A stretch of DNA of 64,000 nucleotides from contig NC_045697.1 of assembly GCF_009834535.1 (NCBI RefSeq), positions 23,376,001 to 23,440,000 on the forward strand, written 5' to 3'. Positions 13,161 through 25,000 of this stretch are shown here, one piece after another (the first letter of the stretch is position 1; the number at the start of each line of letters is the position of its first letter). Origin of the DNA: Camelus ferus. Taxonomy: Eukaryota. The translations under genes and the position numbers were made by a program. A model generated the notes under the pieces. The model was not told where the DNA came from. It was given only the letters and a program-made list of their open reading frames with translations, and did not search any database.

Positions 13161-14140
13161 ATTGGTGCTTTTCTGCAGATGTTAAAGTTAATTTAGAAAC
13201 TATGTTCCAGAGGTGCAAAAGTCAACCAGCCCCCTTTTTACTTTGTCATAAATATTTGCAAGTATTTGTATTTTCAAATTGGATCAAAGTGTGGACCTCT
13301 ATTTTAGATTTTGTTTTACACCCTGTACCCATTATCCATGTTTTTTTTTGGGGGGGGGATTTGGTGGTTTCTGGATATGCTTTAAGGAGGTCCTCATATA
13401 CACTGCCTCCTCTAGAGCATCAGTCAGTATCTTTTGGATTTGGGCCCCCCGACAATGGTCACTTTGTAGGGTTTAAGTACTCCAGGCTTATGTTGGGTTT
13501 GAATTAACCCCTTAATTGTGCACTGGGAATGCATTGGATATTTATCCCTGAAACCCTAAGAATCAGGATCTTTTTAAAGACAAGGGTATAAGCAACAGGA
13601 GCAAAGGGATTTTGCAGGATCCTAGTGAGTCACCTGTTTTTAGTGACCATCCAATTGGCCTTTATAGCATACAAGATATCAGGCTTTCTCCCGAGCATGC
13701 TCTAGATTAGGGCCAACACCAGGCTGAGACACAGAACTCATTCATGGTCACAGGGTGAGAGCTGTTCCCCTGAGCCCAGCATGCATTCTGGCTTTTGCTG
13801 AAATTGTCACATCACTCAGAGAAATGCAGATATGTTGGGGCAGAGACATATAATCCAAAGACACTTTGAAGAGGGCCCAAACCCACACCCCCGTCCCTAA
13901 ACATCACTTATGGAAACTGACTTAACTCAGTTAAATCTACAACAGAGGTTCAGTAGAATTCAACACATGCAGCACAGAGCAGCACGAGCAAGATTTACAG
14001 CAGGCAGCAGCTCAAAGCTCAAGTTGGCCAGCAGGCAGCCACACAGCTCAAACAGCATACTAGCCAGCAGGCAGTGGAGCAAATTAGAAAGCTAAAGCAA
14101 GAGAAGAAAGACCCCTGGTGGTTGTGATCATCACCCAGGT

Positions 14141-14158
14141 ATCGTGCTTAGAGTGGCA
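14141..14158 (-). promoter_or_regulatory. Primer-binding site, degenerate, tRNA-Ser(CGA)-like
   Basis: Minus strand TGCCACTCTAAGCACGAT vs complement of tRNA-Ser(CGA) 3' end TGGCGCTGTGAGCAGGAT (recalled): 13/18, 1 nt after the LTR terminal CA. Confidence 0.6.
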
Positions 14159-14159
14159 A

Positions 14160-14567
14160 TGGTTAAGGTTACTCCGCAGAAGTAAAATGGACATCACTTC
14201 CAAAATTTGGGTTGGATGTTAAGACTGATGACACCATACACACACCAAGAAGGTATACAAAGCTTTATAAGGCTTTCTGGGGACAGCAAGGCAGGCTCCC
14301 AAGCAGATGTGTAAATGGCTTGAAAGAATAGGGTAAGACTGGATTGTATTTTCTTGTGGATGAAGCATCCAGCTAGGGTGAGATTTCCTGTGCATGCATT
14401 TTTTGACTGTGATTTAAATGGTTTGAACTGCTCTTTAGTGCCAAAGTGGGGAGCACTTGGAATTTCTTATTAAATTTCCCAGATGTAGGCTGAAGATGAA
14501 AAGAGAATAGAGGGACTGAAAATCTACCAGTAGCCAAATATTAAAATTGGAGTCAGACTGTATGACA
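14160..14567 (-). mobile_element. 5' LTR of the ERVL (MER54/MER73/MER74/LTR53-group-like)
   Basis: Minus strand starts TGTCATACAGTCTGACTCCAATTTT and ends ..GAGTAACCTTAACCA (TG..CA), ~408 bp, directly followed by the PBS; subfamily by recall. Confidence 0.75.
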
Positions 14568-14639
14568 CCAACATGTTCTTTTTCAACAAATGTTGTTTTT
14601 ATCATTCTTAGAGTGTTAAACTGCATGTCATATTTGTCA

Positions 14640-14940
14640 GTCCATAATCACAAAATGACAGCTAGACTCACAGGTCTCACACAAACATTCCAAGAAGGAG
14701 GAAGGGGAAACGACCTAAGTTGGCACACACTGCATCTACCCCTTTTATCAAGTAAGGAAAAACTCTTCCAAGAACTCTTACTGCAGGTTTTCCCTTAAAG
14801 ATCATTGAATGAAGCTCAATGACATGACCATGTCTACCACATGGAAGACACAGAAAATGTATTTCTCACTTTGAACATAGTGAGGGGCCCTCTTAGAAAA
14901 GAGAGGGTTAATGACTATTGGTAGGTAGTTAGCTGACTAG
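14640..14940 (-). mobile_element. Old MaLR LTR fragment (MLT1K/L-like)
   Basis: 'cacaaaatgacagct...acattccaagaaggaggaagggg...gacatgaccatgtctac...atgactattggtaggtag' resembles antisense old MLT1. Confidence 0.5.
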
Positions 14941-17669
14941 GGCAGTAATTTTTTTTTTAATATCTTTCTGCAAAGACATTGCACAATAGTTAATCAACAG
15001 TTATAAATGCTGTGAATTGTTTTACTGCAGAACACATCCTATCTCCTACTGCTAAAAGTTGACAACATCCATCACATACAAACAGCTGGAGCATCTGCAG
15101 TGATTGCTGCTTTGACAGCACTGCTTCTTGTTTCACACACGGAAGAAGAGGAGGGGTCCAGAGAAGAAGCCCTTATTACATCAGAAACACACTAAAATCT
15201 CTCATCTTTCTGTTTGAATGGCTAATGAAAATGCAATTTTTAAGAGATCATTGTATGGTCACCTATGTAGCTTATCTTTTTGAAAAGATAGAAAGGCTTG
15301 ACCCTGAAAACTAAGCATTATCTTATTTCTCACTTTATATCAGACATAAATGATCTCCCCTACCTATCCCCAAAGGTCAAATAATCAGCCATGGGAAATT
15401 TTTTTAAAGTACATTTCTATTCGGTTATAGAAGCAAACAAGAAGGGGAGGGAAGAACAGTGTGTATTCCAAAGAACCAGCATAAAAGCTGTCCACGTTGG
15501 ATGTCACAATTGTGTATCTCAGGGCCTTTCCTTTTATACTTAAGAAACATAATGCCCCTGAAAAGGAAAAGAAGAAATTCAAGCTATTAAGCACATGTTC
15601 TTTCTCTGTGCCTCTGCATTGATTAATGCCCTGAGCTCACACAGCTGTAAAGTTATACCGATGTCCTCTTTAGACTGTGCCTCACACGACTCTACTCAGA
15701 AAGGGAGAGAAAGGCTTGTCAAGTCAGCAGTAAATGAGATATCTCATCTGCATTGAAATATAGAGAGGACCAAAGAAAAGGGCTGTTTCTTCTTTGCCCA
15801 GTGCATTTCTTTCTTCATAATATGTGGATGATAAAATGGAGCTGGACATGCTACGGTCATTTGCGTTTGGATGTGCTTCTTATAATGCCTTCTTATGCCT
15901 CTCATTTCAAAAACAAATGATATACTGAATTCTTATCCACGCAGGAAGCTATTAGACCACCATGCAGTTTTATTTTGTATGCCGAGAACAAGGTCTGGTT
16001 TCCTGCTTTGGATTATTTTATCCTGTTAGAGTATCCACATGATTGAAAACAACCTTGTAAATAAAATATCCCAAATTTACTATATGATAAAAATGTTTTA
16101 TAACCCATTCTGCTAACAGGAAGTACAGAGGTAGTCAAATGCCTTAAATCAGACATTCTTTACTACTTGGCTTAAAGCATTATTCCCCAGAGGCTAGTGG
16201 TTGTTTGAACAATTATTTTAAATTAGCCTTGCTTTCCGGCCATATGAAATAAACTGATTCTTTCAAAAAAAAATGGTTCAGGTGAACCATTACTCATTAT
16301 GAAAACATTACAATAACAGGTATGTTTGTTCTCATTTTCCACCACATTCTTACATATAAAAGAAACCAAAACCAAAACCTTAACCCTACATTTCCCTACT
16401 GAAGGAGAATAATAATATTATTTCAGTTAGTGACTAAGCATATGAAATTAACAATCATCTCAGCCAGTAGACTCCTTGTGAATGGCGCTGAAGAAGACGG
16501 ACAGTCCCCGAATCAGCAGAGAGCATTCCTTGCACTGGGTTAGAAGCATCACACTAAAGGGAAGGTACAACATTCTGTCTTGAAAAGCAAAGCGGCGTCC
16601 TTTCTCGCCTGGGTCTCCTACAATGTTGGATCCACTCCTGCTTGCTGGGATGGTAGCAGGTTAACTCCCAACCTGCTGTTTCTAGGTCAGGCTAGCCTGC
16701 CCTTGCCTGGATTCCACACACACAGACATTCCACCAGTTAATTACTTCTCCTGCTGAGTATTGTTCAAGAAGCTGCACCATTGTATGTCACACTCCTAGG
16801 TTACTAAGATAAAAGAAGCACTAATTTAATTTCCTATTGGAGGATATTGACTTAAACACAAGCAATGTCATAAGGAAGACTCCTTTAGGAAGAGAGTCAT
16901 TTTGATTGTAAGCCTTTAATTCAAGGCCACCCATACACAGCATTGAGTACATGGGACTATCTGACCCCAGCGAACAAAGTAACAAACAACTTGTCATTAC
17001 AAAACATTTAAAATTAGATTACAACTCATTTCCAACATTCAGAGTTTTAAACTTCTTACTGCTTGTTAAAATTTTTGGAATAGTTTATTTACATATTTTC
17101 TAATGAGTTTTATTTTATCCTTTTACTTAGCTTGATTCATTCATGGACAGATGTCTGGTCTTCAACGAAATCTCTGCATAAGTGAACTTCATGAAAACCA
17201 CCTAAACTCACTACCTTCCACTTCTTCAGCTCTTCCTCATTCCTCACCATGGAATTGCAACTCTCTGAGTCTCACCAGCGCTGTCACTAATTCCCAGTGG
17301 CAGAGCAACTGTGGGGGTGGGGGAGAGCCCCTTGTATGAAGCAGTACAAAAAATAAATTTTTGTTAAATTTAAGGGATTCTTAAATTACACCTCTTACTT
17401 CTAACCCTCTCAATTTAGGAAAAAATATATAAACAAGTGAGTGTTTTTCGTTTCTTTAAGTTTACTAAATTTACTGCTTCTTAGTGAAAGTAGCTTTAGC
17501 TGTCTGGTCAAAGTAACTTCCTAACTTTCTAACATTGAGTTGAAGAGGCTGACCCAATCTCTCTGTTTTGTGGCTAAAAAGAAAACAAAATCATGAGCAG
17601 ACCATGAAGAACCTTTTCTGCAGGCAGAAAGAGGAAGTGAAAGAAGCTGAACTTCCTTCCCAAATTTAC

Positions 17670-18166
17670 TGTATTAGGTTCTTATCACCACTGTATTACC
17701 ACAAACTTACTGGCATAAAACAAGACACATTTATGATCTTCCAGATGAATGGGTAAGACATCTTACACAGGTTTCACTGAGCCAAAATCAAGTTGTTGGC
17801 AGCGCTGCATTCTTTCCTGAAGACTCTAGGGAGTTGATTTCCTTGCCTCTTCCAGCTTCTCCAGGCTGCCTGTGTTCACTGGCTCTTGGCCCTGTCCCTC
17901 CATCTTCAAAGCCAGCAGTGGCGGGTTGAATGCTTTACACATCAAATGATCTCCTAACTCCTCTTCAGTTTGCCTCTTTCTCTTTTAAGGCTCCATTTTG
18001 CCCACCCAAATAATCCAGAATAATCTCCCTATTTTAAGGTCCACTAATTAGCAAATTTAAATCCACTTGCTGCCTTAATTCTCCTTGTTACATAAGGTAT
18101 CATATTCACAGGTTCTGGGGATTAAAGTGTGGGTATCCCTGAGGTACCGCTGTTCTGTCTACCACA
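17670..18166 (-). mobile_element. MaLR solo LTR (MLT1C/D-like)
   Basis: tgtattagg...catcttcaaagccagcag...cccacccaaataatccagaataatctccc...ttctgtctaccaca; TG..CA ends, ~500 bp. Confidence 0.9.
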
Positions 18167-18284
18167 GTCACACCTGATCACTGCTCTTCCCACCTGAGTG
18201 AGGGGTAGGTGAGGACCTAAAGGAATCATCCAGATGATGTCTCCCTGTAGAAAGCTTGAGGAGTGGTGAATACGTATTCCTCCC

Positions 18285-18746
18285 ACTGTTAGGTTAATTG
18301 CAGAAGAATGTCCCAATTCTTTCTTCTCTGAATATACATCCACTGTAATGTATCTTATCAAAAGGTAGATCCCATTTTCCCACCCCTTGATTCCTGGTAG
18401 GCCCAGTGACTTGCTTCGACCAGCAGAATGCAGCCAATATGATAGTGTCGGTACCTGAGCCTATGTCTCAAGAGGACTTGGGTTTCTCTTGCTTCTCTGC
18501 CTTTGCCATGGAAACACACTCAGGGTAACCTGCTAGAGGATGAGAGACAGTCCTACCTCTCCCTTTAATCCAACTGCCAGCGAGACACCTGCCTTCTAAG
18601 CACACTCAAGGTCACAGAACCACCCAGCCATCTCCACTCTAATTTGCCAAATCCAAAACCAGTAAGTTAATAAATAAGTCAGTTTTAATGCACTACATTT
18701 TGTGGTTGGTTATGCAGCAGTGCGGTGGCAATAGATTACCAGTACA
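18285..18746 (+). mobile_element. MaLR solo LTR (MLT1G/H-like)
   Basis: 'caccccttga...gtgacttgcttcgaccagcagaatg...aataaa...ggttggttatgcagcag..atagattaccagtaca'. Confidence 0.75.
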
Positions 18747-19744
18747 CATGATATTAAATAATAGTGTCTTCCTAAAATGAAGTTGTAAAAAATTTCAACC
18801 AGACACATCATCTTCTCACCTAGGAAAATGTCCTTTTTATTAATAGTCCACTTGCAGTTTCCTATTAGCAAACCGGTTTCATTAGTCTAACCTCAACTCC
18901 TCGTTCTTCTCATCTCTGCTACACTGAAGGTTAAAATGAAGCTCAGCCCTTTACTAAGGGCTCTCCAAACGATGGCCAAGTCTGGTCAAGATGTTATGTG
19001 TCAAATTTCTCGATAATTAATTCTAAAATAAACTGTGTTGTACAATAACTTAAGTTATACTTTTTCCAACTTCACTAGCCTTGTTAAAATGTAGCATTTG
19101 CTGACTTTTCCAAATAATGTTTGCAACTCAAATAATGCATAATGCCATATGAATACATATACATAATGTTTTGCTTAACGCATAATTGTTAGAAATATTT
19201 GGAGAATGGAGAAAGGCAGAACTAGACACCAGTTAATTTAATGGTTTAATTTTAACTCTATGAGTTAAAAACTGAGAGAGATGGGTTGGGCATAGTTCAT
19301 GCCACACAGTATTGTGACAAAGAGTAAACTAAATGATAAGAGAAAGTGTTTATAATACTGGTAGTCACATGGCAAACGTTTAACAAACATTGACTAAAAT
19401 AAGTATTGCAGATAAAACTAATAATAATAACAAAGTTACTTGATAATACTTTAAAATTATAGCCTTTTATCTTTGAATTTCATAAGTTTTTGCCACAATA
19501 TTTGACTTTTTATATCTATTTCTTTTTCAACTTAAAAGTAACCAATGCAATTTCAAATAAATATTTACCAAAATTTAAAGGTATTTATTCCTTTTCCAAA
19601 TTGTTCTATTTCAATAATGGTTATTTGTGAAAATTCTAATGAAACTAGCTTTTATGCTTATAACTAGACTAGATGATATATAGAAACAATGGAGGGAGAT
19701 AACTAAGAAAAGGTAAGGTAACTGAAATAGTGAATAATATCACA

Positions 19745-19930
19745 TCTTTTAGAGCCAAACTGGCTTGGGTTTCATTTGTGGCTCTACCACTCACTATTTT
19801 TATGCCCTAATCTGTACAATAATGTCAATGGTAAGCATATCTCTCATGAAGTTATTATGAATATGCAATGAGTTAATAACAGTTAATTGCTTAAAAAAAC
19901 AGGCACAATATGAATTCTGTATAATTGTTA
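19745..19930 (+). mobile_element. MIR SINE
   Basis: 'agagccaaactggcttgggtt...ggctctaccactcacta...ctctcatgaagttattatgaa'. Confidence 0.6.
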
Positions 19931-20659
19931 AAGTAGTTTCTTTCACAGTGCTAAAAATTGGAATGAAAAATTGCAATGACATCAAACGTGATCATTTCCT
20001 TTGCCTTTGATGGGGAAAAAATAACAAGGTAATAAACACGCAAATACAGAGGACGATGTACAGTTATAAGAGAATTAGAGTACAATAACAAAGAACAAAT
20101 GAAATTACTCTCTTGTAGTCCACATGGTCCTGCAACGTTGAACATTCTGATTTTTTTTCACACTACAGTACCTTGGATTAGAGATCAAGTCTACTTCAAT
20201 TTGCTCTTACTCCCAAGAACCCACTGAACAAATACACGAGTGGGCAAAGATGACTTTTGTAATAGAAGCATCTCTTGACATATAAGTAACTAAAAAAAAA
20301 AAAAAACTTCATATCTATTCTCCAAATTCTGTTCAGTTCTCATACCATTTCAGTTTTCTCAACTGACCAACTCAACACCATACACTGTCCCCAGCCTCCT
20401 TCCCTCTTTTCTTTTTCTTTCTTTCATTCTACTCCTTCATGTCTGAAATACAATTCCCACACTTGTTCTTCAGGTGAAACTCTTTCATTAAACAAAACAA
20501 TACAAAAATAAATTAAATAGAAATCCCAGTGAATATAATTTTCTCAATCTTATTATACCTAAGAATTAAGAACAATCATATATTATCTCAAATTCAAATA
20601 TTCAAAAAACACTATGCAGAGCTTAAGAAGTTTTTTTAAGGTATTATCATGATGTAAAA

Positions 20660-22008
20660 GTGGATGCTCTGTATATGTACAGGCAAAAGAATCAAATTGG
20701 ACCCCTATCTTATGCCACTCACAAAATTAACTTGAGCTAAATTAAAGACTTAAATGCGCCCTGAAACCATAACATTTCTAGAAGAAAACATAGTGAAAAA
20801 GCTCTTGGACATTGGTCTTGGCAATGGTTTTTTGGATATGACACCAAAAGCACAAACAGTCAAAGCAAAAATTTAAAAAAAGTATGACTATATCAAACTA
20901 TAAAAGCTTCTCTACAACAAAAGAAACAATCAACAGAATGAATAGGCAACCTGCAGAATGGGAGGAAATATTTGTAAACCATGTATCTGATAAAGGAATA
21001 AGATCAAAAATGTCTAAAAACTCATAAAGCTCAGTAATAAAAAAATCCAATTAAAAATGGTCAGAGGGACTGAATCAACACTTTTTCAAAGAACACATAC
21101 AAATGGCCCACAAATACATGAAAAGATAGTCAACATCATTAATTATCAGGGATATGCAAATCATAAAACCACAGTGAGATATCATCTCACACCTGTCAGA
21201 ATGGCTAGCATCAAAAAGACAAGTAACAAGTGTTAGTGAGGAGAAAAGGGAACCCTTGTGCACTGTTGGTGGGAATGTAAACTGGAATCACTATGGAAAA
21301 CAGTATGGAGTTTCTTCAAAAAATTAAAATTAGAGCTACCATATAATCCAGAAATCCTATGTCTGAGTATATATCTGAAGGAAATAAAATCACTATTTTA
21401 AAGAGTTATCTGCACCCCCATGTTTACTGCAGCTTTATTCACAATAGCCAGGGTATGAAAATAACCTAAGGGTCTATCAACAAATAAATGGATATAATGT
21501 AGTAGATACATACAATGGAACATCATTCAGCCTGAAAAATAAGGAAATCCTGCCATTTGGAGTAACGATGCCTTGAGGGCATTAAGCTAAGTGAAAGTCA
21601 GTCAGAGAAAGGCAAATACTGTATAATTTCATTTACATGTGGAATTAAAAAAAAAAGACATATAGAAACAGAGAATAGAATGTTGGTTGCCAGTGGCTGG
21701 TGATTGAGGGAAATAGATGTAGGTCAGATGATACAATCTTCCAATTATAAAATGAATAAATTCTGGGTATCTAATATTCTGTGTTATGACTATGGTTAAT
21801 AATACTGTATTATATGCTTGAAAATTGCTATGAGAACAGGTCTTTAATGTTCTCACCACATACACACATAAATTTTAATTATGTGAGGTGATGGATGTGC
21901 TACCTAACCTTACCATGTTCATCATTTTACAATAAATAAGTATATCAAATCATCAACTTGTACACCTTAAACTTACATAATGTCATGGTCAATAAAGTTG
22001 GGGAAAAA
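20660..22008 (+). mobile_element. 5'-truncated L1 (L1MA9-like): ORF2 C-terminus plus full 3' UTR
   Basis: 'aaattggacccctatctt...ctgttggtgggaatgtaaactgg...tacaccttaaacttacataatg..aataaagttggggaaaaa'; the minus-strand ORFs 21075 and 21629 are antisense L1 artefacts. Confidence 0.92.
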
Positions 22009-25000
22009 GCAGATACCATGCAAGATGAACAACTGTTTAAACATGGGAGTAGAAATACTATGATTATAAAATTACTCTAGAAGCCTCTAATATATTTTAC
22101 TCTATAGTCTTAAGTTTCAAGCCAACATAATGTGTCCAAATTTCCTTGCACTATCTTTTCTCAGCTCTTTGTATTTTTAACTTCTCTCTTATTGCCCTTA
22201 TGTATAAAAATTGCCAACCACATACCAATTCAAGGTAACTTAGGAAGGTAAAATCACAAAGAAGGAATAACATCTTAAAAGGAGAGAGATTAAAGGGAAG
22301 ATAAAGGCAGTCTCTCAAAGACTGCTAATAGTAAAGTTTAAACGACCTCTGAGTTCCTGGGAAGCATTATTTTGAGAGAAATTTTGGTAAGAATAATTTG
22401 AAAGAATTTTATTATGTTATTTTAGACTATTTTTCTCCCTGGAAGGGGAAAATCAAAGTAAAATACTACACTTTCAGATCATTTTGCTCACTCTCGATGA
22501 AGAGAAATCACTTACCTCATATTGGGTGGACTATTTCTATATTTATAAAAGCCCAAGACAAAATTCCTGAAGATATTTTGTTTAAGAAAATGCACATGAT
22601 ATTTTTGATGTTTTAAAATAATGTTCATATTTGGAACTTACATTCCTATAATGGCTCTAAATGACAACTGTATCTTGTACTGTAATTGTCTTATGGTTTG
22701 GCTATTTGTGTGTTTGCTATTTATTCATTTCAAATAGTTTTACTGAATTAATTATATCAACAGAATTACAGTTGTCAAAATTGTAGTCTAGTTAAATGAA
22801 ATAAACTAACATAGACCTTGGCCAAATTCCCCCTGGTTGGAGTTGCCAGGTCTTTTAAGAATTGGAAATAATTTATCTCAGGAGACTAATAGCATAGGAG
22901 AAGGAAACTTAACAGGTGATATAATGAAAAAGAAGATACCAAAAATAAGAATATAAGGCATAAAAATAATGAAAAATAAATATAATAACAAAATCATTAG
23001 AGAAGGATAAGTAACTTAAGAAAGATTTTCCTTCTAAGAAGGAAATTTTCACTCTAAAACTCCATTACATTATCATTAGGAGACTGAGTCACTAGTCACT
23101 AGGATTAAAGTTCTACTTCTCCAAAACGTGGCTGTGAACCAAAGGTCAAAGTGAAGACAGGTAAATTGGCAGTACCACACTAGACTGAATTAATACATGG
23201 CTGGCCCATGTGTTTCTGCTTCTGTGGCTTAAGCTCAGACTACTGGCTGCATCACTTGGAGGGCAGGAACAAGTCAGTGAGGCAGAATGAGTGATGAATA
23301 CATAGACAGAAATGTGTTGATCTAGAAACGTGCCCAAGTAGAGGAAACCAGGCCTAAAGAAACTGTCGAGGAAACCAGTTCAATGCCCAGAGAACAGACA
23401 TCAGTGATGTAGCATCTATTGATATTCTTAGGTTTGAAAACAGCACCAGTACCCATGTTGAACTATTAATATAAAATAGCAGTGGGAGTATTCACTTTGA
23501 TGGGTTAAAAAAAATGAAAATGTAATAGGTCTACCAAACACCTGCTCATTAAGGAAGTTTGATCAGCAGTGCCATTTTCTCATCAAAAGGACATGGGTTT
23601 ACAAAACCTTGGTAGTACTAATTGTTCTGCAGAGCATAATACACCTTAAGCTACTACCAAGCATTTTCAGGACCTGAATGTCACTGAACATGCACTGTCC
23701 TCAGTCCCCACCTGCCACTTTTCCTGTGGTGGTCATTGATTTATGAGGTTCACCAAGCAGCTCCTGGTTGATTCTTTTGCACCCAACAGTGTGTGCGTTT
23801 TCTTTAACAGTTTTCCCAATTGTACTTTGAAAAACTATTAGATGCTCATTTCTACCCACAAAGCAAGTCAGTCCAGTATAAAATAACTGATTGCAAATGA
23901 ACATACAAAGAACCTCAAAGCTGTTGAACAGAAGTCTTTTGAAAATCATAATTTATTTAACATTTGAAAGGCATTTACTGAGGGTCAACCATCAGTCAGA
24001 AATGGAGTATGGATATGAATACAAGCAGGACAGTCTCTTCCCTCAAGAATGTTATCACGGAGAAACTGATGGAAACAGGCAAATGTGGCTTATAAAAATG
24101 TGGAAGAATTAATCTAAGAGCATTTATTTTGACTGAGCAGATAAAGGAATGGGACATTTTACAGATCAAGGCGCAGCCCTGTTGGTACTTCAGTCAAAAT
24201 ATACACGCTCCAGCATGTTCCACGTGTGGGTTTTTTTGGTTTGTTTTTTGTTTTAGTATCAGTTTTGATATTTGTACAATATTTTTCAGTTTTCAATCCT
24301 TTGGACACATAGTCTCATCATTATTTCATAAATGTGTTTTTAATCAGTATAAATGTGTAGATAACGGGGACAAAATGCTTGCTGATAGCCATAAAGTGAA
24401 AATTTTACGTATAAAACAGACATTCTAATGTTAAAATAGTTTAGAGTTTATTCTAGATGGTTTTGGCAATATTACAGAACTCACACTGCTTTAGAAAGTG
24501 AGGAAATAGCAATCACAAAGATTTCCGAGAAGGACTAGCTTTTAGAGGAGAATTGTCAGCCATTGCTTCGTTGATTTCAGTTTGATTTCCTTTCAAAGTG
24601 AGAAATTATAATGAATCACCACCAATCAGCAAACCTGATTATAGATGTCAGCTACATAGTCTTAAAAAGGCACCTGCTTCCTGGGCAAGTACTAGGCAGC
24701 TGTGGGCAAGACTGGAACTAAGTAGTCTTGTGCCAGCAACAAAGATTTAAAAAATGTCCCATCTCTATAACCCCTCCATCTGTAACGTATTTCTTAAATG
24801 GAACCTTAATTATGCCACACACAATTGAAATCTAGGATTTAGAATATATTTTATATAGATTTATGTTATTTTATATATATACTATATAATCAGTTATCAG
24901 GTTTTTGTTGACAGAGCTCTCATTTTCATGCAAAAGTGCAAGTTAAATATCAATGCATGTGTCCATGTATGTTTTGGATATTTTACTTCAAATTTTACTT

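Larger units (their letters stand above)
11190..14567 (-). mobile_element. Decayed class III (ERVL-like) endogenous retrovirus: 5' LTR, PBS, leader/gag, pro, pol (RT, RNase H); truncated before integrase, no 3' LTR seen
   Basis: Manual minus-strand translation with frameshifts gives ..SLFSSHIWFVLKLG..LTVDYHNLN..AVIDVPNIACSVPI..SQLQCAFTF*EAQYALTLLGYLNSPAITHN..VYYCIDDILFQG..KGPITPVKF..LGLFGF*RQHIP. These are the ERVL RT motifs (PFNSPIWPV, LTVDYRxLN, LPQGYxNSP, YIDD, LFGFWRQHIP). Confidence 0.9.

Noticed and set aside
22510..22568. Minus-strand exon 22516-22566 with donor GAG|GTAAGT
   Set aside because: The acceptor lacks a good pyrimidine tract, and an isolated consensus donor is expected by chance in 64 kb
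23100..23460. Possible old LTR fragment (also 55500-55870)
   Set aside because: LTR-like composition but no termini or family I can identify
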